In this document: one piece after another, positions 25,500 to 39,571 of the stretch | Numbering within the stretch: position 1 is the stretch's first letter | How the letters are laid out: every line of letters begins with the position of its first letter | Source: Paraspadella gotoi | Taxonomy: Eukaryota; Animalia; Chaetognatha | DNA: 64,000 nucleotides | NCBI GenBank assembly: GCA_051294375.1 | Contig: CM119265.1 | Location: forward strand, 26,914,517 to 26,978,516 | Direction: 5' to 3' | The notes under the pieces: generated by a model | The model's database searches: none | The model's input: only the letters and a program-made list of their open reading frames with translations | What the model was told of the DNA's origin: nothing | Program-made: the position numbers and the translations under genes

Positions 25500-28400
25500 A
25501 AGGGCCAAAGGGGACATGGAAATGGAAATGGAAATGGGCCAAAAGGGGGTCAATTGGAAAATGGAAATGGGAAATGGAAATGGGCCAAAAGGGGAGCATG
25601 GCATGGGAAATGGAAAATTGGAAATGGAAATGGGCCAAAGGGGAGACCCATGAGAATGGAAAGGAAATGAAATGGGCGCAAAGGGGGTTCTATGGAATGG
25701 AAATGGAAAATTGGGAAAAATGGGCCCAAAGGGGACATGAGAAATGGAAATGGAAATGAAAAAAATGGGCCAAAGGGGTCAATGGAATGGAAATGGAAAT
25801 GGGAAATGGGCCAAAGGGGAACATGAATGGAAATGGGAAAGAATGGAGAAAAATGGGCCAAAAGGGGACATGGAAAATTAATTGGGAAATGGAAATGGAA
25901 ATGGGCCAAAGGGACCAATGGAGAATGGAAATGGAAATGAAAAATGGGCCCAATAAGGGGTCATGGAAAATGGAAATGGAAATGGAAATGGGGCCAAAGG
26001 GGACATGAGAATGGGAAAATGGAAATGAAAATGGCCAAAAGGGGGTCATGAATGGATAATGGAAATGGAAATGGCCAAAGGGGACATGAAATGGAGAATG
26101 GAAATTGGAAATGGGCCATACAAAGGGGAATGGAAAATGGAAATGGAAATGAAAATGGGCCAAAAGGGGTCGATGGAAATTGGAAATGAAAAATGGAAAT
26201 TGGGCCAAAGGGGTCATGGAAATGGAATAATGTGAAATGGAAATAAATGGGCCAAAGGGGGTCATGGAAATGGAAAATGGAAATGGAATGAAAATGGAAT
26301 GATCGGGCTAGGAAGGGGACATGGAAACTGGAAATGGAATGGGACCAAAGGGGACATCTCGAAAAAATGGAATGGAAATGGAAAAAATATGGGGCAATAG
26401 AAGGGGACATGAAAATGGAAAGGATGAAATGGGAAATGGGCCAAAGGAGGACAATGGAAATGGAAATGGAAATGGGCCAAAGGGGTCATGGAAATGGAAA
26501 AATGGAAATGGGGGAAATGGAAAGGAATATAATGATGGGAAATGGGCCAAGAGGGGACATGGAAATGGAAATGGAAATGGAAATGGGCGCAAAGGGGACA
26601 TGGAAATTTGGAAAATGAAATGGAAATGGAAATAATGGAGCAAAGGGGACATGGAAATGGAAATGGGAAATGGAAATGAGGCCAAGGTCGGGAAAATGGG
26701 ATATGGAAATGGATAGGGAAATGGAAATGGGCCAAAGGGGACATGGAAATGGAAATGGAATAATGGGCCAAAGGGGGTCATGGGAAATGAATGGAAAATG
26801 GAAATGGAAAGGAAAATGATGGGCCCCCAAAGGGACATGGATGGAAATGGAAATGGGAAAAATGAAAAGAAATGGGCCAAAGGGGTCATGGAAATGATGG
26901 AAATGGAAATGAAATGGAGGAATGGGCCAAAGGGACATGGAAATGGAAATGGAAATGGATAATGGGCCAAAGGGGTCATGGAAATGGAAATGGAAATCCA
27001 GGTCATGAAATGGAAATAATGAAGGATGATGGTCAGGGGGACAGAATGGAAATGGAATAAATGATAATGGGCCCAAAGGGGACATGGAAATTTGGAAAAA
27101 TGAAATGGGCAAAGATATGGAAATGGACGGACATGGAAATGGCAAAGTTGGAAATGGAAATGGAAATGGAAATGGGCCAAAGGGGTCATGGGGAAATGGA
27201 AAATGGAAATGGAAATGGGGCCAAAGGGGACATGAAATGGAAATGGAAATGGAAATGGGCCAAAGACATGACAATGGAAAAATGGAGGAAATGGAAAATG
27301 GGGCGCAAAGGGGACACATGGAAATGGAAATGGAAATGGAAATGGGCCAAAGGGGTCCAATGAGAATGGAAGAAATGGAAATGGAAATGGGAAATAGGGC
27401 CAAAGGGGACTGGTGGCATGGAAATGGAAATGGAAATGGAAATGGGCCAAAGGTCATGGAAATGAAATGGAAAAAATGGGAGACATGGAAATGGAAATGG
27501 GCCAAAGGGGACCATGAAATGGAAATGGAAATGGGATGGAAATGGAGGAAATGCCAAATGGGAGAAATGGAAATGGAAATGGAAATGGGGGCCAAAGGGG
27601 TCATGGAAATGGAAATGGAAATGGAATGAATGGGCCACAAGGGGACATGGAAATGGAAATGGAAATGAAATGGAAATGGGCCAAAGGGGACATTGAAATA
27701 GGAAATGAAATGGGCCAAAGGGGCATAGGGAAATGGAAATGGAAATGGAAATGGGCCAAAGGGGTCATGGAAATGGGAAATGGAAATGAAAATGGGGCCA
27801 AAGGGGACATGGAAATGGAAAATGAAAATGGAAAAATGGGCCAAAGGGGTCATGGTAAATGGAAGGAAATGTTGAAATGGGCCAAAGGGGGTCATGGAAA
27901 TGGAAATGGAAATGAAATGGGCCAAAGGGGACAATGGATGAAATGGAAATGGAAATGGGCCAAAGGGGGTCATGGAAAATGGAAATAAAATGGAAATGGG
28001 CCAAAGGGGACATGGAAATGGAAATGGAAATGGAAATGGCCAAAGGGGACATGGAAATGGAAATGGAAATGGAAATGGAGTAATGGGAAATGAAATGGAG
28101 GGCCAAAGGGGATCATGGAAATGGAAATGAAAATGGAAATGGGCCAAAGGGGTCATGGAAATGGAAATGGAAATGAAATGGGGCCAAGGGGAATGATTTG
28201 GAATGGATAATGGAAAGAAATGGGCCAAGGGGTCATGGAATGGAAATGGAAATAGGAAAAAATGGGCCAAAGGGGTACATGGAAAACTGGAGAGAATGGA
28301 AATGGAAATGGGCAAAGGGGTCATGGAAATGGAAAATGGAAATGGAAATGGGCCAAAGGGGACAATGAAAAATGGAAATGGAAAATGGAAATGGGCCAAA

Positions 28401-30347
28401 GGGGACATGGAAATGGAAATGGAAAATGGAAATGGGGGGGCAAAGGGGTCATGGAAATGGAAAATAATGGAAAAATGGAAGCAATGGGCCAAGGGGACAT
28501 GGAAATGGAAATGGAAATGGAAATGGAAATGGGCAAGGGGACAATGAATGGAAAATGGAAATAGGGCATTGGAGAGAAGCGCCTAAGGGGACCATGTGGA
28601 AAATGGGAAATGGAAATGGGAGAAAATGGAATGGGCCTAAATGGGGACATGGAAAAAAATGGAAATGAAAAATGGATAATGGAATGGGCGCATAGAGGGG
28701 ACAATGGAAATGGACAATGGAAATGGAAATGGAAATGGGGCAAAGGGGGACTGGAAATGGAAATGGAAATGGGCCACAAGGGGACATGGAAATGGAAAAT
28801 GGAAATTGGGCGCCCGGGGGTGCATGGGAAAATGGAAGAAAATGGCGAAATGAAAAAAATAGTTTGGGAGGCCAAGGGGGACAAAATGGAAAATTGGAAA
28901 ATGGAAATGAAAAATGGGCCAAAGGGGTCATGGAAATGAGGAAATGGAAATGAGGTCCCAAAGGGAACAATGAAAATGGAAATGAGAAATGGAAATGGGC
29001 CAAAGGGGACCATGGAAATGGAATAATTGAAATGGGCCAAAGGGGTTGCATGGAAATGGAAATGGAAATGGAAATTGGGCCTAAGGGGATTCCCAATTGG
29101 AAATGGAAATGGAAAATGGGAAAAAAAATTTGGGGGCACAGAAAAAGGGGACATGGAAATGGAAATGGAAATGGAAGAAATGGAAATGGAAAAAAAATGG
29201 CCAAAGGGGTCATGGAAATTGGAAAATGGAAATGGAAATGGGGCCGCAAAGGGGACCATGAAAATGGGGAAATGGAAATGGAAAATGGGCCAAAGGGGTC
29301 ATGGAAATGGAAATGGATCGGGCCAGGGGTCATTGGAAATGGAAATGGAAATGAAAAAAAATGGGGGGGGCCCAAAAAAAAAGGGGGGGGGTTTCCATGG
29401 AAATGGAAGAATGGGAAATTGGAAATTGGGCCAAAGGGGAGCTGGAAAATGGAAATGGAAATGGGCCAAAGGGACATGGAAAGTGGAAAAGAAAATGGAA
29501 ATGGGCCTCCAGATAAAGGGGACATGGAAAAATGAAATGGACAATGGGCAATAGGGGACATAGGAAATGGAAATGGAAATGGAAATGGAAATGGGCCATA
29601 AGGGGACCATGGAAAATGGAAAGAATGGAAATGGAATGGAGATGGGCCAAAGGGGACAATTGGAAATGGATAGGTAAATGGATGTGACTAAAATGGGCGC
29701 CAACAGGGACATGGAAATGGAAATGGGGAATGGGCCAAAGGGAACATGGAAAAATGGAAAGGAAATGGCAAAGGGTGCATGGAATGGAAAATGGAAATGA
29801 AAAATGGGACCAAAGGGGGACATGGAAATGGAAATGGAATGGAAAATGGGGCCAAGGGGTCATGGAAATGGAAAATGGAAATGGAAATGGCCAAAAGGGG
29901 GAACATGGAAATGGAAATGGAATTGGAAATGGGCCAAAAGGGGACAATGGAAATGGAAATTGGAAATGGGCCAAAGGGGTCATGGAAATGGGAAAATGGA
30001 AATGGAAAAAAAATGGGCCAATAAGGGGGTCCATGGGAAATGGAAATGTGGAAATGGAAATGGCCAACTAAGGGGACATGGAATGGGAAAAATGGAAATG
30101 GAAATGGAAAATGGAAATTGGGCTGCAAAGGGGGTCATGGAAAAATGGAAATGGAAATGTGAAATTGGGCCAGACAAAAGGGGTTCTAATGGAATGGAAT
30201 GGTAATGAAGGAAATAGGAAATGAAGAATGGANNNNNNNNNNNNNNNNNNNNNNNNNAAAGGGGACATGGAAATGGAAATGGAAATTGAAATGGGCCAAA
30301 GGGGACATGGAAATGGATATGGAAATGGGCCAAAGGGGTCATGGAAA
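25500..30347 (+). repeat. Satellite array: (GGAAAT)n runs punctuated by gggccaaagggg(a/t)cat, unit ~35-45 bp, ~4.8 kb
   Basis: Directly visible tandem structure. It explains all the MEMEME/WKWKWK/FHFHFP ORFs in the track. Confidence 0.95.
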
Positions 30348-31408
30348 TCTCCCAAGCCCGTTTCGAAAACCGTGACCCGTTCCATTCCCGGGATAGTTGC
30401 CATAAGCCCGCTACGCAATACTTACCTTCAAATTGTCAAATTGTCATTGTCTAATTGTCATTGTCTAATTGTCATTGTCAATTTGTCATTGTCAAATTGT
30501 CATTGTCAAATTGTCATTGTCAAAGTCAAATTGTCATTGTCAAATTGTCATTGTCGGTCCAATTCTAATGTAATTTGCCTCCCGAGCGAGAGATTTCTCT
30601 TAAAAAGCTTGAATCTTTTGCCTTTGGCGATTATTGCCTCATATTTTGTTCTTGACTTTCTGTTTCTTTAGATGCTGAGATATCAACAATTCATTCGTCG
30701 CTCACGTCGCCACTCTTATACCCATTTCTGTAGTCACTCCTACGGCCGCTCCTGTGACCGCTCCTGCTACGATTTTTCACCACCCCCCCCCTGCTCGGCG
30801 ATCTCATCGCGGCTGGTTTTGTTTTCTGATTCGTTTACTCGCAAAAACCTTTGGAGAAGATTAAGAAAATATTTGAATTGATTAGATGAAAACGNNNNNN
30901 NNNNNNNNNNNNNNNNNNNNNNNNNNNNNNNNNNNNNNNNNNNNNNNNNNNNNNNNNNNNNNNNNNNNNNNNNNNNNNNNNNNNNNNNNNNNNNNNNNNN
31001 NNNNNNNNNNNNNNNNNNNNNNNNNNNNNNNNNNNNNNNNNNNNNNNNNNNNNNNNNNNNNNNNNNNNNNNNNNNNNNNNNNNNNNNNNNNNNAAAAAAA
31101 ATTAAAAAGAACAAATTTCCGAATTTCGAATTCATTAAGTTATGTTTCCCTTTCAATTTCCCCTTTTCGATTTCAAATCCACAGAAGCTAAAAAAAATGT
31201 TATTTTCTTTGGGTTATATCTGCATAGAGAGAGCATTTTTACTGGGAAGCGGTTATCGAAAAAAAGTCTTTACTGGATGATTTTTGGTCGGTCGGTCGGT
31301 CTATTCACTTTGTCGGTCCGTCGGTCCGCCCCCCCAATCTTGTCAGTAAGTCACTTAGATCATCTCAGAACATCGAATTATCATCAATTATGGAAAAAAT
31401 TGTCCGTC

Positions 31409-31440
<32 letters not shown>

Positions 31441-31935
31441 CGTCTCACCTTAGCTTTAAAAGCCAATTACTCATGATTGTATGGGGCGATTGACTTGAAA
31501 TTTTGTACATATGTGGGTAGGAAAGTGTGTGATTAAGCTGAAAATCAAGTTTCGATGGAATCGTCTGAGTGGAAATGAGTTTAAATGGAATTATGGTCAT
31601 CGTCTCCATCATTATCGTCGTTGCTTTGGTCGTGGTCAGTGATAAAAAGACCTAAAAACAAACATATAGGATCAAATAAATTAATTACCTAATTAATTAA
31701 TTAATTAATTAGCGCTAATGATCGTGTGCAGATCCGGCATTGTTTGCTCAAACTTGTTTTTAATAAAGTAAACATTATTTTATTCAATAATTTTTTTTGT
31801 TTGGAAGTCTTTATAATGCTATTTTTAGTAATCTTTATATATAAAAATAAATTGGTTCATTTTTTAGCTGACTGAAAAAATGGAAAGCTATTACGATTTT
31901 CTTTCTTTTTTCGTTGTTTTTTCTTTGCAGTTCCC

Positions 31936-31970
<35 letters not shown>

Positions 31971-32114
31971 NNNNNNNNNNNNNNNNNNNNNNNNNNNNNN
32001 NNNNNNNNNNNNNNNNNNNNNNNNNNNNNNNNNNNNNNNNNNNNNNNNNNNNNNNNNNNNNNNNNNNNNNNNNNNNNNNNNNNNNNNNNNNNNNNNNNNN
32101 NNNNNNNNNNNNNN

Positions 32115-32146
<32 letters not shown>

Positions 32147-32458
32147 CTCCCGGTAGCCAAATGTCGGGCGCCAAGCGATGAGAAGCAAAAATTCGCCAGA
32201 AGCAAAAAAAATTAGAAAAAAAGAGAAAAAAAAGAAAAAAGGAAGAAATAAAAAGGAAAAGATGGTGAGTTATCGTATTTCAAAATTTGCGAAGGAAACT
32301 TGAGAAAGATTTTCTCTCCTTTTTCAGTTCGACCTCAAACTGAGAGAAAAAACTTGGAAAAGCCAGAGAAAAAAAAATGTTTAAAAAAATAATTAAAATG
32401 GTTATAAAGTTGATCAAATTTTTAAAAAGTAAAACCATATATGTATACAAAACAGAAA

Positions 32459-32489
<31 letters not shown>

Positions 32490-34973
32490 CCTCCATTAAT
32501 TAAATCAAATATATTATTTCCGCCACTTACGCCGTCGTCCAATCCACGCGCCCGGTTTGAATCCGACGATCTCAAAAAATTCCCGCCAATCAGCGGGACG
32601 TCGACTCTAAATTTTCGAACGAATCAGAAACCTCGATTGTGACGGGGCCAATTAGGGAAAAAAGGAAAATCCGCTTGACCGAGATGTCGATGGGGGGGAG
32701 AGAGGGGGAGAGGAAGGGGAAGAGGAAGGGAGAGGGGAAGGGGAGAGAAGGGAGGGGAAGAGGGGAGGGGAAGGGAAGGTGGAAGGAAATGGAAGAGGGA
32801 AGGGGGAGGGGAAGGGAAGGAGGGGAAAGGGGAAGAAAGGGAAGGGAGAGGATAAGGGAAGGGGGAGAGGAAGGGGAGGGGGAAAGAGGAATGGGGGAGA
32901 GGAAGTAGAAGGGGGGAGAGGACAAGGGGGAGAGGAAGGAGGAGAGGGAGGGGAAGAGGGAAAGGAGCTAGGAGGGAAGGGGGAGAGAAAGGGGAAGGGA
33001 AGAGGGGAAAGGAGGAGAGAAAGAAGGGAAGAGGAGAGGGGAAGAGGGAAGGGAGGAGGGAGGGAAGGGGATTAGGAAGGGAGGAAGGGGATAGAGGGGT
33101 TTAGGTGGGGCGTAGGTTTTTTATTGGGGTTGGATGGCGTAAGTTAAAGATAGTGGAGTTGATGGGAGATATTGTCGATTGATGGATTAATTAACTTATA
33201 GACTAGTAGCGTGGGGGGAGGGACTAGGGTGAAGTCGCGTTTAGTCGTTATCCGAAAATGGGCGAGTCGAGTCTCTAATGAATTCGGGGTCATTTTTCAA
33301 CAAAGAAAAACAAAAGTAAATTGTAGAGGCGAAAAAAGAAAAAAAAAAAAAAATAAAAGAAAAAGAAAAAATCCTTAAAACCAGGTGTTTGACGGCGGAG
33401 GAGGGTAGGAGGGCAAAGGGGATGGAGGGAAAGGGAGGGCATTAGGGCCAAGGAGTCATCGAGCTTGGGAGGAAAAGGACAGAGGGCGAGGGGGCGAGGG
33501 GGCGAGGGGGCGAGGGGGCGCGACGGGGCGATAGGCGAGGGCCCGAGAGGGCCGAGGAGCGGGGGCGATGAGCGGCGAGTGGGCGAAGGGCGAGAGGGCG
33601 GGAGTGGGCGAAGGGCGAGGGCGAGGGGGCGAGAGGGCGAGTGGCGAAGGGGCTCGAGGGGGATTCAAGACGGGCGGCAAAGATTGACTCGGGCGGATTT
33701 GACAGACAGGCAGAAGGCGGGAAAATATTTGAGACGGCAAAGGTTTGTAGCGGGCAAAAGGTTTGTGGTGGCTAAAGGATTGTGACGGGAAATTTTGAGG
33801 AAAATAAAAGGTTTGAGGCTGTGCAGAATTGGGCGTGGATATCATTGCGGTAGCGTCGGGATTTTTTTTTTTGATCTTTGTGTTTTTAGCAAGGAATTGC
33901 CAAACTTCACACCCGCTATTTAAATTATTATAATTATTAAATTATTATTATAATTATTATAATATAATATAATTATAATAAAACGTAATATAAATTTATA
34001 TTCACCTTTTGAAGATTCCCTGAAATGATTGAAAAAAGTCATCAACTCATTAAATATTAGGTGCTGAAACTTTCCCAAGAAAATTATTTAATTGCAAATT
34101 ACTACAAAAAATCGGAAATCGGGAGAAGGCCAAAGGGTACATGGAAATGGAAATGGAAATGGGCAAGGGACATGGAAATGAAAAAATGGAAATGCGGCCA
34201 AAGGGTCCATGGAAATGGAAATGAATGGCCAAAGGGACATGGAAATATAATTGGAAAATGGGCCAAGGGGACATGGAAATGGAAATGGAAATTGGGCCAA
34301 AGGGGTCATGGGGAAATGGAAATTGGAAATGGCCAAAGGGGACATGAAATGAAATGAAATTGAAATGGCCAAAGGGGACATGTAAATGGATATGGAAATG
34401 GGCCAGGGGTCATGGAAATCTCCCAAGCCCGTTTCGAAAAACCGTGGACCCGTGTTCCATTCCCGGGATAGTTGCATAAGCCCGCACGAATACTTACCTT
34501 CAAATTGTCAATTTCATTGTCTAATTGTCATTTCAATTTTGTCATTGTTCAAATTGTCATTGTCAAATTGCATTGTCAAAGTCAAATTGTCATGTCAAAT
34601 GTCATTGTCGCGTCCAATTCTAAGTAATTTGCCTCCGAGCGAGAGATTTCTCTTAAAAAGCTTGAATCTTTTGCCTTGGCGATTAATTGCCTTCATATTT
34701 TTGTCTTGACTTTCTTTTCTTTAGATGCTGAGATTCAACAATTCATGTCGTCGCTTCACGTCGCCACTTCTTATAACCCATTTCTGTAGTTCACTTCTAC
34801 GCCGCTGCTTGTGCACCGCTCCTGCTACGATTTTCAACCACCCCCCCCTGCTCGGCGATCTCATCGCGGCTTGTTTTGTTTTCTTGATCGATTTTACTCG
34901 CAAAAACCTTTGGAGCAAGATTAAGAAAATATTTGAATTTGATTAGATGGAAAACGGCAGAGAGAAGAGAGAT

Positions 34974-35004
<31 letters not shown>

Positions 35005-35016
35005 AGACAGAGAGAC

Positions 35017-35047
<31 letters not shown>

Positions 35048-36082
35048 CAGGGAGAGTAGGAGAGAGAGAGAGGAGAGAGAGAAGAATATCTCATCCAAAT
35101 TCCGCGACTGAGAAATAACGAATTTAAAAAAAATAAACCAAAAAAAAAAAGAAAAAAAAATTAAAAAGAACAAATTCCGAACTTTTTCGATTCATTAAGT
35201 TATTTTCCCTTTCAATTTTCCCCTTTCGATTTCAATCCACAGAAGCTAAAAAAAAGTGTTATTTTCTTTGGGGTTATATCTGCATAGAGAGGAGCTTTTT
35301 ACTGGGAACGGTTATCGAAAAAATCTTTACTGGATGATTTTTTTGGTCGGTCGGTCGGTCAATTCACTTTGTCGATCCGTCGGTCAATTCACTTTGTCGG
35401 TCCGTCGGTCCGCCCCCCCAATCTTGTCAGTAAGTCACTTAGATCATCTCAGAACATCGAATTAATCATCCAATTATGCAAAAAAACTTGGTCCGTCTGT
35501 CTGTCTGTCTGTCTGTCTGTCGTCCGTCCGTCTCACCTTAGCTTAAAAAGCAATTACTCATGATTGTATGGGGCGATTGACTTGAAATTTTGTACATATG
35601 TGGGGTAGAAAAGTGATGTGTTAAGCTTAAAATCAAGTTTCGATGAATCGGGTCCGAGTGGAAATGAGTTTTAAATGGAATTATGGTCATCGTCTTCCAT
35701 TCATTATCGTTCGTTGCTTTGGTCGTGGTCAGTGCATAAAAAAGACCTAAAAACAAACATATAGGATCAAATAAATTAATTACCTTAATTAATTAATTAA
35801 TTAATTAGCGCTTAATGATCGTGTGCAGATCCGGCATGTTGCTCAAAACTTGTTTTTAATAAGTAACATTATTTTATTCAATAATTTTTTTTGTTTGGAA
35901 GTCTTTATAATGCTATTTTTTAGTAATCATTTATATATAAAAAATAAAATTGGTTTCATTTAGCTACTGAAAAAATGGAAAAGCTATTACGATTTTCTTT
36001 CTTTTTTCGTTAGTTTTTTCTTTGCAGTTTCCCTCTATCTCTCTCTCTCTTTTCTTCTTCTCCTTCTCTCTCTCTTTCCTCT

Positions 36083-36124
<42 letters not shown>

Positions 36125-36472
36125 TCCCGGTAAGCCAAATGTTCGCTGGCGCCAGCGATGAAAGCAAACAATTCGCCAGAAGCAAAAAAAATTAGAAAAA
36201 AAGAGAAAAAAAGAAAAAAGGAGAAATTAAAAAGAAAAGATGGTGAGTTAATTCGTATTTCAAAATTTGCGAAGGAAACTTGAGAAAGATTTTCTCTCCT
36301 TTTCGTTCGACCTCAAACTGAGAGAAAAAACTTGGAAAAGCCAGAGAAAAAAAAAATGTTAAAAAAAATAATTAAAATGTTATAAGTTGACAAATTTTTA
36401 AAAAGGTAAAAACCAATATATGTATACAAAACAGAAAGATGGAGAAGAGGAGACGAGAGAAGACGAGAGAGA
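32490..36472 (+). repeat. Duplicated block: copy of 16785-16975 + ~23465-23930 + ~24605-25500 + short satellite + 30348-32470
   Basis: Segment-by-segment similarity with many 1-bp indels. Ends at a 25-N gap (36473-36497). Confidence 0.85.
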
Positions 36473-36497
36473 NNNNNNNNNNNNNNNNNNNNNNNNN

Positions 36498-36530
<33 letters not shown>

Positions 36531-36854
36531 TTGCAACATCGCGACAGAACATCCCGTTTGTTTATTCTCAATTCTCATACGTCATTGTTATTCAAAACAA
36601 TTGTATCAAATTTCTCCATCGAGGTCAGACACGTCTTGTTTTGGTAAACGTCTAACCCCGAATACCAAGTAACATAAATAAATAAAAATAATTAGAAATA
36701 TATAGAAATATATAGAAATCCTCGATTATAACTTTATTTAATTTCTGCAAATCAGACGAGGACCAATCGGGAAGCATCATTTCCTACAATCAAAATAATT
36801 TTGACCAATCACTTTTGCAGTATTTCTCTATCAGTGAATCTGATCAACAAAGAC

Positions 36855-37190
36855 GATGATTTCCGCCAATCAGATTAACAAAAACGCTTTCCGCCCAATC
36901 AGATTAACAAAAAGGATTTCCGCCAACAGATTAACAAAAACGCTTTCCGCCAATGCAGATAAGCAAAAGGATTTCCGCAACGCATTACAAAGTGAATATT
37001 AACAAAAACGCTTTCGCCAATCAGATTACAAAAACCTTTCAATAATAACAAAAGGACTTTCGCGCCAATCAGATTATAACAAAAACGGCTTTCCGCCAAT
37101 CAGATTAACAAAAAGGATTTCGCCAATAGATTAACAAAAAGGATTTCCGCCAATCAGATTAACGAAGACGACGACTTCCGCCAATCAACG
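36855..37190 (+). repeat. ~30-bp minisatellite (ttccgccaatcagattaacaaaaa.g)n containing a CCAAT box
   Basis: About 10 imperfect tandem units. Confidence 0.85.
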
Positions 37191-37740
37191 ACTAGACGAT
37201 CGTCTTCAGCGAAGTTTTGACGTTTTCCCGTAAAAACAAACGCCGCAAAAACGATCCTCGTTAAAAGCGGAGGGGGTTGCGGAATTGTGGAATGTGGAGG
37301 GAGTGGACGAGGATGTGGAGGGAGTGGAAGAGGATGTGGAAGGTGGAGGGAGTGGACGAAGATGTGGATTGTGGAGGGATCGGACGAGGAAGTGTGTAAA
37401 CTGCATTATTAAAAAAATATTTTCAGTCATTTTCTGAGCCTAACCAGTTATCAATGGCTTCGATGTACATAACTTGTACGTATTTACGTATTAGTTCAAT
37501 GTTTTATTCACATTCTGCTCCTTTTATCTTTCCCCAGCCTCTCACCGAGTCCAGCATCAACAATCTACATCTCTCCTCCAGCCCCAACAGTTTCTTTCAT
37601 TCCCCTCAAAAGAGAATCATCTATTTCCTTTCATTCATCCCACTCATTTCTTATTCTCCTCCCATTTTCATTTCCTATATCTTTTAAGTCATCAACTCAA
37701 TTCGTTTAACCTGAGGCTCAGAGTTAATTCTCAGGCTTTA

Positions 37741-38298
37741 TTTTCCCAGAACGCCCCATTTTATTTTAAATTCCGAATTAGGTTAATTTTTTTAGTTAAT
37801 AAATAGGTCATGGTTTAGGATTAGATTAAGGAGGAGATTAAGGATTAGGTTAGGGATTAGATTAAAGATTAGGTTAGGGATTAGGTTAGGTATTAGGTTA
37901 AGGATTATGTTAGGGATTAGGTTTGTGATTAAGGTAAGAGTTTATGATTATGGTTAAGGATTTAAGGTAAGGATTCAAGATTAAGTTAGTTTTAAGGATC
38001 ATATTTACGTTTAACAGTTAGGGATTAGTTTATAAGTTTAAAAACATATTTAAATTGAAAGCTTGCAGGGACCTGCTATGTCATTATCTTGTAAGAGTGA
38101 TGGAGGCCTTAAACCACCAAAGCCTGTCCAAAGTCAGGGGCAAGATAGCTTATTTATTAAATGAATGGATAATTTTTATATTGGTTGTACCAATTTCATA
38201 TTATTAAGGTTATTAAGGTTATTAAAGTTATTATCAAGGTTAAAATTAAAAATCTGGGAAAAACGAACAAAAATAAGGCACTCTCGGAAAATAGAGCC
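37741..38298 (+). mobile_element. MITE-like family C copy with nested family D fragment (38054-38200)
   Basis: ttttcccagaacgccccatttt, (ggattaggttag)n, then ggaaaatagagcc. Confidence 0.55.
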
Positions 38299-38898
38299 GA
38301 ATTTCCTCCCTTGGGGTCTTGACCGTTTAACCCTTCTTTCACATTTTCTTCGCTAATTTTCGTGGGGGGGGGGCTAAAGGGGTGGAAGAGAAGGGGGTGG
38401 AGGGGTGAAGAAATTCGGCGCCTATCGGGTGGAAAAGGTGGCGGGAAAGTAAAAACAACAACTTTTGAGATTAACCAATTTAAAATAATTAAGTCTGAAG
38501 GAAACTGTAAACAAAGGGTCGGTAAAGAAAAATAATAATCGACTAATTATTAAAAAAACTAAACTAATTCCAAAAAGAGAAAACAGCTTTCTATATGAAA
38601 TATAGAAATATGAAACAGCTTTCTATATGAAATATAGAAATATGAAATAGAATTTTAGCGGATCGTAAAAAAAATGCTAACCAAGAACAAGATTTAGAAA
38701 AACATAGAACAGGGGAAAAAATAATGTTCTAAATGTCGAAATAAGAAACAAAACATCTTCTCTAAAAATATTTCGCGAATCAAATGGACAGTTTTTTCAT
38801 CGTTCGATGATATTACAGTTTTTTCATCGACCGCTAAGAACGAGTACAGTTATGACGAATAATTAATTCTCTCTCTCTCTCTCTCTCTCCTCTCATCT

Positions 38899-39010
<112 letters not shown>

Positions 39011-39571
39011 AAGTATCGCATCGCTGCATCACTTAGCAAAACAGTATTATAATAAAATAGTTCTTCCATACGTTAACTATACAATAAAAGAATTCATGGT
39101 GTACCACAGCGATAAGTATTCACCATTTGCATTTTTCCCCCCGAAATTAAAATCGTTTTTAACTTTAATTTAATATATTTTTTTTATTTCAGTTTTAAAT
39201 TTAAAGTCAATGAACTTGAAAAAATTAAAACGGAGGCGAGTAGGAATTTTAATCTCGTTGGTGTCCATAACGATCAGCAGCGTTCACTCCATCATCGCTA
39301 CATCATCGCTACATCATCCCTCCATCACGGGATTCTCGACAGCGCCGCCCATTAAAATCCGTAGGACTAAAAACTGCGGAGTAAAAAAAAAAACTCGAAA
39401 CGAAATTTCGAGATTTTTTGATTTTTTGATTAATGTTGAGTCAATTAGATTAATGTTAATGTTAATCGATTAGATTAATCAATTTGATTAACGTTGAGTC
39501 AATTAGTTTCTACATATTTGTATTGATTTTAACTAGAAATTGTCAACAACAAAAAACAACCCATAAACAGA

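Noticed and set aside
25500-30347. CRISPR-like appearance (constant gggccaaaggggacat motif with variable spacers)
   Set aside because: The spacers are themselves GGAAAT repeats, the context is eukaryotic and there are no cas genes.
25400-30420. Long ORFs (up to 668 aa) rich in FHFHF/ISISIS/MEMEME/WKWKWK
   Set aside because: They are translations of a 6-bp-period satellite that lacks stops in several frames, not genes.
37810-38035. Interstitial telomere or chromosome-fusion scar
   Set aside because: The repeats are degenerate and enclosed by the ends of a multi-copy MITE-like family.
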